NCBI GenBank assembly: GCA_013265495.1
Contig: MU057796.1
Span: 124,001-188,000, forward strand
Reading direction: 5' to 3'
Length of the DNA stretch: 64,000 nucleotides
Source of the DNA: Vicugna vicugna
Taxonomy: Eukaryota
Position numbers and translations under genes: made by a program. Numbering within the stretch: the first letter of the stretch is position 1; the number at the start of each line of letters is the position of its first letter. Under the pieces are notes generated by a model. The model saw only the letters and a program-made list of their open reading frames with translations. It made no database searches and was not told the origin of the DNA. Positions 36,360-50,040 of this stretch are shown here, piece after piece.

Positions 36360-36740
36360 CTTTATCAGTCAGGGTCCAGCAGCAATCAGAAACCATGTGA
36401 ATTTTTCTTTAAAAGTAGGACTTTAATGCAGGGAATGGGTTACCCAAGTGTGGGATGGCTGAGAAGCTAAACCAGGGATCAGCGGGAGAGATGAGCCAGA
36501 ATTTGGCAGCGTCAGGGAGCAAGACGAACAGCAGGAAAGGTGGAATCACTGGAGTCTGCAGTCAGGGAAAAGTGTGATGAGCTTTTCCTCTGTTCCCCCT
36601 CCTTGGCTTTTCTCCTTCTTCCTCCATCTCTGACATCTTCAACCACTAGAAGGGAAAGGAAAGAAGAGGGTAGAGGGGGTGGGGGAAGACAGTTCTTACC
36701 TGACAAGTCACCTGCTGGCAGCTAGAACCACCAAGGAAAC
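36360..36740. mobile_element. Old LTR fragment (LTR78/79-like, family uncertain)
   Basis: tatcagtcagggtccagc..cagaaacca..tttaatgcagggaatgggttac. Confidence 0.4.
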
Positions 36741-36894
36741 ACAGTGACGGCCCCAGAGGCCAGACACAGCAGAGAGGCAGGGAGAGGCCCTGGTTTCTCC
36801 CCTTCTGTGTCTCTGCAGCACCTGTCACTGATAGAACCCAGCTGGACCCCTGCTGATAGGGGAGCCTGGGAAGGCGGCCTCCCAGAATCAACTC

Positions 36895-37398
36895 TCTTAT
36901 TAACTTTCTGCACCTGTGTAACAGGTTACCACACAGCTGGAGCTGGTCAACAACACATATCGATTCCTCCACACTTCCCCTGGGTAGCAGACCAGGCTTG
37001 GCTTAGGTGGGTCTTCTATTCATGGACTCACATCTTGAACTCATGGTGTTGGCCAGGGCGGGGGTCTTATATGAGACTCTGGTCTTCGTCCATGCTCATT
37101 CAGGTTGTTGACAGAATTAATCTCCTTGTGGTTGTCAGACTGTTCTCTTGCTGGCTGTGGAGACTAGAGAGGCCTTTAGAGGTCGCACTTGGGTCCTAGC
37201 CAAATGGCCCTCTGAGGGTATGGCAGCCTTCCCTCTCTGCTCTGCTAAGGCAGAGTCTTACACAACACGACCTAATCCAGGAGGTGGCGGTCCCATTATT
37301 CTCACAAATCCTGCCCCTATTCAAGGGGAGGAGATTCTGCAGAGTGTAAATACCAGCAGTTAGAAATTTGGGGACCACCTGAGAAATCTGCTATCACA
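36895..37398 (-). mobile_element. MaLR LTR, MLT1F-like
   Basis: gtgtaacaggttaccac, gctcattcaggttgttgacagaatt, tcaaggggaggagatt. Confidence 0.7.
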
Positions 37399-37636
37399 GC
37401 CCTGAGATGATGAACAGAGTGGAAAGAGGGCCAAAAAAAAAAAAAAAAGAAAAGGGTGGGGGGCAGCCAGGCCCAGCCCAGGACCAGCATAAATGCAAAA
37501 TCAAAGCAACTTTATAGTGAGGCTTTTCAATTGCTTGCCTTGGATGAAAATGTTAGCAGACCTGGTGACTTCTCTGACCATTCTTCGGTCATAACACACC
37601 AAGGCAATTTAGGGGTGAGATGGTCAGATTGTGAGG

Positions 37637-37935
37637 AAGAGTACCCAAATGATCAATGCTGGAGAGGGGGTGGAGAAAAGGGAACCCTCCTACACTGTTG
37701 GTGGGAATGTAGTTTGGTGCAGCCACTATGGAAAACAGCATGGAGAGTCCTTTAAAAAACTGAAAATAGTGTTACCATATGATCCAGCAATCCCACTCCT
37801 GGGCATATATCCAGAGAAACTCTAATTAGAAAAGATACGTGCACCACAGTGCTCATAACAGTACTATATACAATAGCCAAGACATAGAAGCAGCTTAAAT
37901 GTCCATCAACAGATGACTGGATAAAGAAGTTTTGG

Positions 37936-37976
<41 letters not shown>

Positions 37977-38455
37977 ATATATAATGGAATACTACTCAGC
38001 CATAAAAAGAGTGAAATAATGCCATTGGCAGCAACCCGGATGGACCTGGAGATTGTCATTGTAAGGGAAGTAAGCCAGGCAGAGAAATAAAAATACTGTG
38101 TGATATTGCTTATATATGGAATCTAAAAAAATGACACAAATGAACTTATTTGCAAAACAGCAAAAGACTCACAGACATAGGAAACAAATTTATGGTAACT
38201 GGCAGTGAAGAGGGAGGGATAAATAGGGAGTTTAGGATTTGCAGATACTAACAACTGTATATAAAATAGATAAACAACAAGTTCTTACTGTACAGCCCAG
38301 GGAACTATATTCAATATCTTGTAATAACCCATAATGAAAAAGACTATGAAAAGGCATATATATATGTATATATATGTATAACTGAATCACTATGCTATAT
38401 ACCAGAAATTAACAGATTGTAACCAGACTATGTTTCAAATTCAAATTAATTTTTT
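37637..38455 (+). mobile_element. 5'-truncated camelid-type L1 (ORF2 C-terminus + 3' UTR) with internal (CA)n
   Basis: [32 protein letters not shown]; 3' UTR similar to 33412-33768. Confidence 0.9.
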
Positions 38456-40442
38456 TAAAAGTCAGCACTTTAAGATTGGTCAGAGTTGATGCTTCTCCTC
38501 CTCTTCCCAGCGTGGGCCCAGTGTAGCCCAGACGCTGCCGTCGGGGAAGGCGGTGTGATCAGTCTTTGCTCTGTTTCCTTCCTTTGCTCATCTTCCCTTC
38601 CCCACGTCGCCAAGTGCAGATTCTCACACCCCCAGCACTGGAGCAGACGGGAGGGAGGCCCACAAAATGAGAGTGGAAGGTGGGCAGGAACGTTCTTACG
38701 TGACTGGGGCTGTCAAAGTTGGCTTCATGCCTTCTGAGCCTGGCGGGTGCCAAACACATTCTCCCTCTTGTGATGCTTCTGTGGGTTCTCTGGAGATGCC
38801 TTCAGGGCCGCCTCACCTACAGCCACCTCAGTGAGGTAGGATGAACCTCTCTTCCCACTGGCCCCTAATGGCTCTTTCCTCAGCCTCTGTGAATCTGGAT
38901 TCACCTCCAGCTGAAGTCCCCTCACCAGCCATGTGGCCGTCTTACACCAGATTAAGACCATCGCCTGTCAGCTCTCTCCCACGTGACCCTGTGACCCTTC
39001 TCCAGTTACAAGAGACACTGGTGGAGCCTTTGCAGGCAGGGTGACCTTCAGCTCAGCTGGCCTTTCTTCAACTCGCCAGCCTGCGCTCCACCCTTCAGGG
39101 GTAGGAAGCAGATGGCAGTCCACGGAGCCCCACCGTGTCGTCCTAACGGTGGGGGTCGGGAGAAAGCCCTACTGGGCTTGAAGGGCAGGGCACGGTCTCT
39201 CCACCCTGCTCCCTTGGGTCGATGTGGGAAAGTGGGGCTTAAAGCACCCTAATGTCTCTCTTTTATACCATTGTATGCTTCCGATGTGGGTAGGGGCTTA
39301 AGAATTACATAAAACCTCTTGTTTTTCTCTTTTGACAAAACTGGCATCTTGGCCCAGCACCTGACTTAGGAGTATTATCCAATTAACTTGATGCTTCATT
39401 TGAACCTTTATTTTTTCCAGATGGAGAATCTTAAAACCAAGGGACTCCCCTGATTGCATAGAGAGGACATACCTGTGTTTCGAGGGAACCTGATCTATCT
39501 TCCAGCCCCCACCGTTTGCTCCCACAGAGAGACTCAGCCATCATGAGAAGCTGTCCCAGAAACACTCCTGGGAACATCATTTGATTTTAGAGACTAGAAT
39601 CCAACACCATCCTCAACAGTTTTCAGACCTATGCAGTCATTCTAATAAACTTATTAACTTGGACAAGTATCTGTGAACATTATAAATCATGTTTCATCAG
39701 CAAGCTGTCATAAGCAACTTTAGTTGACTTACAGCCCAAGGAAAGGAATGGAATCAGCTTCGTTTCCCTGCAGCATTCTTGTTATGCCGTTGGTGCTTCA
39801 GCGATTTCTCATGTCTCAACACTGAAACATCCATCTTGACTAATGGCAAAATTACACCCACGGGGTTTTACAAAAGACAAAAATTTGTCCTCATCTTCTA
39901 TCTGACTATCTCCTAGAATGTTTAAGCCCCGCGTCTCTGGAACACCATGTTTCTTTGACGGTATTTATCTATGTGTAGATGGTAGACACTCTGTGTTTTT
40001 TTTCTTCTTCCTGTTTTGCTGATAGAATTGCAAACGAAGACGTTTTCCATGCTACAAATTAAGATGGAAAATATCAAAATTGTATCATGGGAAGAGAAAC
40101 AAGTTCTTCACACAGGAGAGCAAAAGCCCACAAAAAAATAAAACCAACCACCCTCAGAAAGCAATTATTTCACAATAAACTATTTGTTAACATGGGCAAA
40201 GTCCTTCTCTCCAAACCTCTTTTCTGTTGTTGTCTTATCCATCTCTTATGACTCATGATGTCGCATCATTCCTGAATACTCATTTTCTGTTCGATGTCCC
40301 CAGGTCTCAAACACGTTTCTGCCTGCTTCAAATACCCCTCTTCTTCTTTGCTGCCCAATAGCCAAGACTTAATTCAAATGTTTACCCCTTACCTGGAGAC
40401 AGAGTTGGCGCCCAATTCCTTATAATCCCCTAGCCCAGAGCA

Positions 40443-40663
40443 CAGAGGTTGGCAAACTGCAGTCCTGTAGGCCAAATCTAGCCTGTCACCTGTTTTTATA
40501 AAGTTTTATTGGAACACACAGCCACCTCACTTGTTTACATATTGTCTTTGGCCACTTTCTCGTTAGTATGGTGGAACTGAGTCATTGTAACAGGGGTGGT
40601 TTGGCCCGCAAGGTCTAAATATTCATTACTTGGTCTTTGACAGGAAAAGTTGGCTGACTCCTA
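40443..40663. mobile_element. MER58A-like hAT-Charlie element
   Basis: cagaggttggcaaact..ggccaaatctagcc..aagttttattggaacac..aaaagttggctgactcct. Confidence 0.82.
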
Positions 40664-40789
40664 AAACAGTTGCATGTATATATAGCAGGGCCCTCGCCGT
40701 CTGGACTGAAATTGTTTGCTTATTTACCAGTTTTCCCACCCGCATCATTTCAGTCTTAGTCCTTCAAGATGCAGACCATGCAGAGCAGG

Positions 40790-40980
40790 GGGTCTGGAGG
40801 CGGACCGCCTGGTTTCAGGTTTTGGCCCTGCCACTTAGGAAATGGGTGACATTGAAAAAATTACTTCATCTGACTGGATCCTCAGGTTTCTTACTGGCAG
40901 AGCAGGGATGGGATGATGATCGTAATCCCACAGGGTTGCCGTGAGATATTGCAAAAGTGCTCTGAATAGTGTCTGGAACA
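40790..40980 (+). mobile_element. MIR fragment
   Basis: ggccctgccacttag..gggtgacattgaaaaaattacttcatct..cacagggttgccgtgaga. Confidence 0.6.
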
Positions 40981-43900
40981 AGACATCTTCTCCTGTAAGT
41001 AATCTTTCTATCTCACATGCCATTGATGTGCCCTGCTTTGGTAGAGTAATGCAATCTACTGCTTTCTCCATAAAGGTTTCTTACGTTTGTTGAAGGAGTG
41101 AACGAAGAGAAAAAGCCATAAATATTCCTGGAAGCTGAAAATAAAGAGAAAATACCCGAAGTTGTAGCCTAATTCCATGCACCAAACGTAAGTTTGACTC
41201 AATGTGCTTAAAGGAGGGGCAGTAAAGCAAAGACATAAAAGACTTTATAGAAGAAAGAGAAACAGAACAACCAGGAAGCTTTTTGTTAAGTAATAGAAAT
41301 TCTCCTTGAGTTACATGGCTTGCTAACAGAAGACAAATACAGAAACATTGTAGGAAAGCTTGCCCTCCACCACCCTCCTCTGTTCTATTGGGTTTGAGAG
41401 GAAAGATGCTGTGACGTCAACGTAACCTGCATCCGCAGTATATGATAAGGGAGGAACTTTTCTAAATCCCTATGTGCCATGACTATTAAATTAACTAAAT
41501 GTGTACCTATAAGAAATACCTACAACCTGGGCCCCAGTGGGACTAGACGCTTCTCTAGCTTGTGCACATCCAGGACCTCAACTGTGCGTCAATTTCCAGA
41601 GCCAGTGGTCCCTATGCTCTTTTAAATCCTGCAGCCTCTAGGCAGAAGCCAAAGCCATAGCACTGTCAGCTCTGTCACGGCTAAGGGGAGCTGTGCTAAT
41701 TTGCCATGATTAGAAGATCTTTGAAGGTCTTTGCCAGTTTTTATCAAGGCATAAAAAGCAATTATTACAATTAATGCAATTTACCATGTGTTACTCTTCC
41801 AGAAAAGCTATTTCAGGGTAGGTCTGCCATCTGTCCCTTTCAGAGTTATAAACCTTAGAATTTAACTCTGTCCAGAATCTCAGGTTTTGCATGTAAAACC
41901 TCAGAGAGCATCCTCAGAGAAACCAACGCCAGCATTTGGCTGTTGGGCTGTCCGAGGTCTCAGGTTCATGGACCCTTTTCACCTCTATTGTGAGAAAGGC
42001 TTCCGTGGCTGGGCTGGAGGATGAGATTCCAGCCTCTAAATGGATATTCAGACATTTGTTTCTGCAGAGGGAGCCCACAGCCAGCAGAGGGAGCTTCCTT
42101 TTTTGCCATCAACCACCCTCTCTCTTAACACAACACTGATGCTTGAAGATGCAGGCTACCAGCACCACTCTTGACAACCAGGAAATATGGAGGAAGCCTC
42201 TTAGTTGGCATATTTTGTCACTCAAGCCAAGAGAAATAGAAAAATGCTTGCCCAAGGGATCCAGGCTGAGCAGGCAAGAAGGAAGGAGGCAAAAGCGTCC
42301 CTCCTTCTTTATATCAGATGTTTTAAAAGAAATTTTAAGGTGGACATCTAAGATCAAAGTTCATCTATCAAACCCCAAGATAAGATGTAAAACAATGACT
42401 TGTTACTGTTATCCTTTTGGGAGAAAAATAAAGCTTTATTTTTGTGTGTGTGTTTCTATGTAAATAGATGATTTGAGATGCTTGGGAAATAGGAAGTGAC
42501 GGTGCCCATTTTAAAAAGCACAAAGTCAGCCAAATGGCTGAGAAACCCGTCCTTTGCTTCTCGCCAGTCTTCCTCATTCCTCCGAGAGAAATCTGGCTGC
42601 AGAGCTGCGAAGTGTATAGTGAAAAGAGAAGCAGGACAGTCTTTTCCCAGTGAAAACAGGATTCCTAAAGACCGTGCGAAACAAACCAGCTTTCCTCCCT
42701 GTTCTCACATTTGCTGGAAGCTGCCATTTCTCAGGTTTGGCACCTCCTTCCTTTCCAATAAGCAAGAAGGTTTTATATAAGATGTTTATACATCTGTAAA
42801 GTAGTATCTGTATGGGTTTTTTTAAAAAGCGACTAAATGTTTTTATAATTTTTCTATCTTGATGGTTTGGCTTGTATGATAACTATCTTTTTTTTTTTTT
42901 AAGCTGAGATCCACATAGCCCAGGATTTTGAGGAGGCTGCTGGAAAATAAATTAGGTTCTTTGAGATGATCTTTGGGAACCTTCAGAATTTGTTTTTCAG
43001 GAGACAGGCTCTTTCTTCCTTGCTTACTTTTAGATGGAGCTAAGGAACTGAGACGAGGGCATTTGTCTGAGGTGTGGCGACAAGTCTGTCCTTCTTCAGT
43101 CGAAAGGGAGGGGCAAAAAGTTACACCTGCTGCTGCTGGAAACTTTCCATTTTCCTCAAAATGACATAAGCCAATGTCATGGTCTCACTCACGTGGCCAG
43201 AGAAGTTGACACGTCAATTTACAGTGTCAGCGTCTTAAAACATCAATTGCCTAACGATGTTTTAACCATGTACGTGATGTCACATGTTCTATTTGCCACC
43301 TGGCTTTTGTTTACAAGTTAAGATAAAAGATTGAAAAATTGCCATCAAGGTGTTGGGCTCAAGATACATTTGAAGTTTTTAAACAAGATTGGGTTTTACA
43401 TATACCAGCCCATGGGCACATGAAATGTAATATGCAAAGTAAATTGAATAAAGTTAGTAGATATGAAAATAACCAATAAAGAGATCATCATTGTTATTAT
43501 AAGCTCATGGCCAACACTTCGATACCATTTCAGACTGTGAGCCTTAAGGCAGAACTTACGTGGCAGCTGAGTTCAAGTGAATGGAATGCAAAAGCCGCAT
43601 GTCCCAACAGGCCTGTTGCAGTCATAGACCCTCCAGTTACTCCTTCTGGAAGAGTGGGCGCTGACTGGACCAGCGGTGTGCACACGCCCCACGGGCAGCC
43701 TCGGAGTCTCTGTGTACAGCCAGTGGAGCCCTGCGAGATGGTCCTGGGCAGCCTGTCCAATGACCTGAGATGGCTTCACACCAAGGACTCTCCCCAAAGT
43801 TACTAAAGTAATGAGCCAAGCAAAGAAGACTAGGTCCTTCCAGAATCTGAGATCACATAAAAGGATGATCACTTAGGACCTAGAGAAAAACTGACCCCCA

Positions 43901-45037
43901 CCCGCATCCCCAACACAGAGAATCAGGAAGACAGGAAGGGATGCTTAAGAGAGAACATCAACACTAGAAAATCAAGCCAGACTTGGAAGACATCTTGCTT
44001 CTGGATGGGTTTTGCTGTAGCTTGTGTATGGTTTTATGATACACGCCCTTTTGCTTCAGTTGCTGAAATGAGCCTCTGTTCTTTCCTTAAGAACAACCCT
44101 AGTCCCAGAGGTACTGTATGTGTAATAGTAACAGACACTACTAAGGTCTACTATAAATAGCCTGCCTTACTGTCTGGAGTAGATGTTGCTGTTATTCTGA
44201 GATACGTCATAAACGTGCTCTTAAACCCAAAGCGAACAAAGATGACCACTTTTCATTTTCACTTGGTACCATGTAGACTTGATTTTTTAGGAATAGAGCA
44301 TTTGGGCCATACCAGCCCTCTGCAGACAATTAAACATTTTCCGGAGAATATAGTTACCCGGCACACACCCCTGTGTGAACCAGCTGTCCTTCGAGACTAT
44401 CCTGGTTAGAATGACGAGAAAGAATTAATATTTTTCTGTTTGCTTATAGCTGTTCCTTTTATTTAGGTGTTTCAAAAATAACACTGGAGAAAGTAAAAAT
44501 AGAAAAGTCATAAAAATTTCCATGAAAAGGAAACATCAGGGAGCATATGGCATTTTTCAAACCTGTGGATGACACAGGCACCTAGATAGGAGTGGTTTTG
44601 GGTAGTGTTAACCCCCATTCCCTGTGAATTGTTCCAGGAAAATCAAGGAAAGCTAGGAGGTAATTCTTAACCTTTTCGTCTGAGAGCAGGTGGTACCGAG
44701 ATTTGTAAAGGGACCAGGAGTAGAGGGCAGACAGGAGATGTATGCACGTGTAATGGCATAAAGCCATATGCGTAGTTCATTTATTCCACAAATATTTACT
44801 GAATTCCAGACCCTGTTTCAGGTGCTGGAGATACAGCAGTGACAAGAACAATGTCCCTTCCCTCACGGAGCTCATATTCTCGTTCAGGGCATCCTGAAGT
44901 GTGACTGACAAAATGCTAGTCGGCAGAGGGTCAGTGGTCTAGACTAGAAAGGGGGAAGGGGGTCCTCTGATTTTAAATGTTGAGAAATACTCAGTTGAAT
45001 GAAATCAAGTAGGTTTTCTTGTAGCAGGTCTCCGTAG

Positions 45038-45430
45038 CTCTGTTAGTTTGCTTGGGCTGCCAGAACAAAGTTCCACAGACAGGGCGGCTTAAACAAAGGA
45101 CACTTAGTGAGCCACACGTTCTGGAGCCTGGAAGCCCAAGGTCAAAGTGTGAGCAGGATTGTTGCTTCCGAGGCCTCTCTCTCTGGCTTGTAGACGGCTG
45201 TCTTCCCCCTGTGTCTTCACACGGTCTCCCCTCTTTGTCTACATCCTCCCCTCCTCTTATTATAAGGACACTAGCCACATCGCATTAAAGGCCGCCCCAC
45301 TGATCTCATTTTACCTTAATTACCTCTCTAAAGACCTGATCTCCAAGTCCAGTTCCATTCTGAGGTACAGGAGGTTAGGATTTTTCACATGTAAACTTTG
45401 GGAGGAGAAACAGTACAACCAATATCAACA
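45038..45430 (-). mobile_element. MaLR LTR, MLT1A0/B-like
   Basis: ttagtttgcttgggctgcc..ggcttaaacaa, ttataaggacactagcca, cattctgaggtac. Confidence 0.85.
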
Positions 45431-45524
45431 GTTTTGTGAACCTGAGTCTTTCGAAATTGTAAATCAGACCATGTCAGTCCCATCCGCCTGCCTGGGCTAA
45501 GACCTCTTTAATGAAGGAGCGCAT

Positions 45525-45734
45525 CCTAATGTAAACTTCAGACTTCAGTTAATAATGATGTGTCAGTACTGGTTCATCCATTGTAACAAACGTAGCACAC
45601 CATACTGAGATATTAATAAGAGGGGAAACTGTGCCTGGAGGGCGGACGGGGTACCTAGGATCTCTGAACTTTCTGTTCTGTTTTTTGTTACATCTAAAAC
45701 TGCTCTAAAAAAAATCAATTAAAAAAAAAAAAAA
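45525..45734 (+). mobile_element. L1MC/MD-like 3' end with A tail
   Basis: cctaatgtaaact..gttaataatgatgtgtca..ttgtaacaaa..tctaaaactgctctaaaa. Confidence 0.8.
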
Positions 45735-45809
45735 GGACAATGCTATATAAATAGCAAAAAAAAAAAAAATCCCTTTGAATTACCAGCGATCTTGAGAAGC
45801 TGCTCCCTT

Positions 45810-46110
45810 CCCCCCACCCCGATCTCTTCTCTCCCTCCATTTATTCTGTTCCAGCCACACTGACTTTCCCTATGGTTCTCAAGCCTGTCAGTCTTGTTCA
45901 CAAGGGAGGGTCTTTTGCTATTTGTTTCCTTACCTGGATTAGTTTGTTTTCTCCCCAGATTTTCCAGGTCTCAGTTTACCTATCTCCTCTTTAGAGAGGT
46001 CCTCCCTGACTGCTTCTCCTAAGGCAGTCCACAGGGCACTGCCCCTTCCCCTGCTTTTATTTTCTTCACAGAGTTTATCCTTGCTTGCTTCCTTGTATTT
46101 CTGTGTCTGT
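45810..46110 (+). mobile_element. L2 fragment
   Basis: tgttccagccacactgac, agagaggtcctccctgac, ctttatttttcttcacag-like motifs. Confidence 0.6.
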
Positions 46111-47819
46111 GATCTATTTCTTCCTTTTCTGCCCCCAGGGTCTGGTTTGCACTGAGCCCGCACTGACCACTTACCACTATCTCCTCTGAGACCTCCTGGT
46201 CCAAACCGCCATCTGACCTGATCTATTACAGCTGCCTCCTAACTGGTTATCAATAAGATACAAATGAAGATGGGTGGGAGTCCTTGAAGATGATTCCAAC
46301 AATTTTGTCCTTGCAGTCCAATCTGGATTTAATTTCATACACAAGGATTTTCCCCTGCTTTTTCTTTTGAACAGAGTAGCTATAAACACATAAAGGGGAA
46401 AAAAAAAAAAAAGAAAGCCCTTCTTCCCATAAAGATCTTTGTTTAGCGTTTCAGATTTAACATCTTGGAACTGTGAGGGTAACCACCTGAGTTGATCTCA
46501 GCTGGTACAGTGGAGAAAGGTGATCCTGAGAACACGGAGAATTTATGAGGCAATTTAGAGAAAGATAGATTTAAAAACATTGAGTGTTCCTGGTAGACTT
46601 TGGAGCACAGGTGTACTTTCTTCTATTTGGAAAGAATTGCAAAGAAATGCTGTCCAACACTGTACATTAGCTGATGCATGGGAACAGCCCCTCAATTACC
46701 TAGGAGTGAATGGGCTTTAATGGATGATTTGGGAGGTACCGGAAAGGGCCACGGAATTTTATGCCTCGTTCTCTGAAGGGAATTACCCCTATTTCTCAAA
46801 AAACCATCACGGGTGAAGGCATTAATGGTTTTGTTTTGGGTTTTGTTTGTTTATTTTGTTTTGCTTTGTTTTGTGAATGACAGAAGCAAACACAAACCAA
46901 TTTAAGCAAAGGCAGCAGGGATTGGGGGTTGAATTAATGACAGAGACACGAGGGTGTCTCCTGGAAATGATCAACAGAAATGGAAGTTGGCTCCAGGAGG
47001 CTCCCTGCCTCTATTCCTCTCTGCCTGGCTGCCTGCTCCTTCATTTTCTCTGTGAACTGCCTTTTCTTCTGTGCACCACGAGATGAGCATCAGTTGTCTG
47101 AGTCTACAAAAATAGGTCTTGCAGCCAGAGGAGGCCAGCAGGAATCTCTCTGTCTCAATCCAGATTCCTGGGAGAAGTCATCCTAAGAGCACAGTGTGCA
47201 TCTCCAGCCCACTGTCTGTGGCCAAGGGGAACTGGACAGAGGCTCCCGGTACAAGCTCATTTACTTCCACCTCCATGCCCTGTGCCTTGCTGGGGAGAGA
47301 AGCAGGGTAGGGAAGTGAGAAAATCCTCAGAGAAGGGGAGTCGCTGGGAGCTGGACTCATCTTCCCCCAGGGCTCAACAGAAGTTTACATTGGTCATTGA
47401 GTCACTGAACAATGTACGGCGCCGCTCCTATCCGAGGGCAGACTTGCAGGTGCTCGGAACAATCACTGCCCTCTGGAAGCTGGGCATCTGGCTGGGAGTC
47501 AAAATATACATGTATGGAAGTTGTCAGGAAACATGTAAATAGGCCGTTTGGGGGGAAAATATTCATGGAGTACCTGCATTTGTAAGATACTGCAGAATGT
47601 CAAGGAGCAAAAGAACTAACTACTGGCACCCCTCCCAGCCCCAGTTCAAGACCTATTGAGAAATAATATAAAGCAAACAGAGGCCAAAGAACTACCTTGG
47701 CTACCAAGATAAGTTAGGTTGGAGGGTGTAGTTTTTATTTCCCTGCCGATGGGCTTCCGGTGCTAAACCCCAGAATCAGGCAGAGGTGGCTGGGGCCGGG
47801 CGTGTAGAATGGGATTCCA

Positions 47820-49030
47820 AGCTCCTTTTATTGGAACACCTACCACGTGCCAGGCACTGGGCTCTAGACAATGGAGATACAGCAGTGAACAAAATCGAGT
47901 TTCTCCCCTTATGAACTTGACTTTCTAGTAGGAGGAAACAGATTTACAAAATAGGTAGTAGTATATATACACCTGTCTTCATAATGTTCGTTTGTTACTG
48001 CTGCCGTTCACAGCATTTTAGACAGGGCGGCTTCAACAACAGAAGGGAGATCTCTCACAGTCTGGAGGCTGGAGGTCTGCGGTCAAGACGTCTGCAGGGT
48101 TGGTTTCTGCTGAGAGCCACGAGGGGAGGGTTTGTTCCTGGCCTCCCCCCTTGGCTTGTAAATGGCCATGTTCTTCTCGGGTCTCCACTTGGTCTTCCCT
48201 CTGTGCAGGTCTGTGTCCTAATTCCCTCCTGTAAGGACAGCATTCATGTGGGGCTAAACCCCCCCCCAATGACCTCGTTTTCACTTTATCCCCTCTCTAA
48301 AGACCCTGTCTCCAAAAACAGCCACATTGTGAGGTACTGGGGGCTAAGACTTCAACATACGGATTTTTGAAGGGGACACAGTACAGCCAATAGCAGCATC
48401 ATAAAGAAAAACAAAGCAGGGTTATGGGATGCCAATGAATGCAGCGCTATTTTAGACAGAATGGCGAGGGAAGACATTTCTATGGCAGTAAAATCTGAAT
48501 ACAGGCTTCCTTGGAGTGAATAGTAAGTCCCTTGAGAGTTAGGGCCTGCAAAGATATCCCAGACTGAGTAATATGAACATGGGCTTGACTTGGGCCAGGA
48601 AATGTGCATGAGATATGTCAGTGGAAAGTTGAGGAAATTGATCTGGGGCTGGGGGACTCGGAAGAGGTGATGTTGGGGGGGCGTTGGTAGCAGGAGTTAT
48701 TAAAGTCATAAGCAGGGTGTTGTGAGATAAAATAGTGCGCTTAGCATGAAGTTAGGAATTTGGGATTTCTCTTGAGACATCCAGACTGAGGAAGAGTCCT
48801 TTAAAGATTTCAAGAAATGGAAGGAACAGTGAACACTGTCTCTCAGGAACAAAAATCTAAACTCGGTATGTGCAGTAAACAAGAACGGGGAGAAGCTGGG
48901 GGCCAGGAGATCATTCAGGGACTGTTATGAGGGTCCTGGTATGTGGTCCTGAAGACCTGCTTTGGATAGCAATCGGAGGAAGAAAACTTCAAAGTGAGAG
49001 ATAATTTCAAAAGAAGAATTGACTGAGTCA
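47820..49030 (-). mobile_element. L2 fragment interrupted by an MLT1 LTR
   Basis: tttattggaacacctaccacgtgccaggcactgggct..ggagatacagcagtgaacaaa; continues after 48392. Confidence 0.6.
47985..48392 (-). mobile_element. MaLR LTR, MLT1A0/B-like
   Basis: tctcacagtctggaggctggaggtc, taaagaccctgtctccaaa..cacattgtgaggtactgggggctaagacttcaacata. Confidence 0.85.
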
Positions 49031-49279
49031 AAATTGACATTTGAGTCTCATGGTTACATGAAAGAAGTCATACTCATTAAACACCCTGGAAATGGTAACC
49101 TAGAGCAGAGCTATGCCCATGTCTGCACTTCATCTCTTGCTGAAATTAAAATGCAGAAAATGCAGCCAAACTTGGATTGGAAATGCTGAGCAGGTCTCCA
49201 GTCTCAAGGGACAGCAATTTCCCGGCCACGCTAACGGCTGGAATTTTCAGTGTTCCTCTGTCTCTCAGTCTTACCCACA

Positions 49280-49660
49280 CCTAGATCATTGTGTTCCTCC
49301 CCAAATCCATAGTGCAAGTCCTGATCCCTAGTACCTCAGAATGCAACAGTATTTGGGGATAGGGCCTTTAAAGAGGTCATTAAGAGAAAAACAAGGCCAT
49401 ATGAGTGGGTCTGAACTCAGTAAGACTGGTGTCCTTATAAGAAGAGAGATCAGGACACAGACGCCCACAGAGGGAAGACCACGTGAAGACACAGCGGAGA
49501 GCTGGCGTCCGCACGCCAGGGAGGTGGGCTTCAGAAGGAACTAACCCTGTCGACACCTTGATCTTGGACTTCCGGCCTCCAGAGCTGAGACGATAAATTT
49601 CTCTTGTTGAAGCCACCCAGTCCGTGGAATTTTGTTATGATGGCCTAGTGAGCTAATACA
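49280..49660 (+). mobile_element. MaLR LTR, MLT1A0/B-like
   Basis: gtacctcagaatg..atagggcctttaaagaggt, gactggtgtccttataagaagag, gacaccttgatcttggacttcc, ctaataca. Confidence 0.85.
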
Positions 49661-49834
49661 CCGTTCTGTTCTGAAGGCCACTTCTGAGTAACGCCAGAGA
49701 GTTCCTGCAGTCTTCCTGGGTCATCTTTGTTTCCTCAGGTTTTGCTCACAGCCAATGTGTAGCTTCATTGCGTCAGTGAAATCGCTCGTGTGCTGTCCTT
49801 ATGGAGAGAAAAAGGATTCCTCTCATTCCCGTGA

Positions 49835-50040
49835 TATGGCCCCATCCGGTCCGTGGGCACTCGTCATCTGTGGTTATTTAAACTTAATTCAAATTTAATG
49901 AAACTAAAAGTTCAATTTCTCAGTTGCACTAGCCACATTTCAAATTCTCAGTAGCCCCATATAAGTAGCGACTGCCTCATTGGACAGAACCTAGATAAAG
50001 CAACCTTGTCATCACGGAAAGTTCTACTGGACCGTACTCT
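49835..50040. mobile_element. MER3-like hAT-Charlie element
   Basis: ctcagttgcactagccacatttcaa..ctcagtagcc..attggacag..catcacggaaagttctactggac. Confidence 0.75.
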
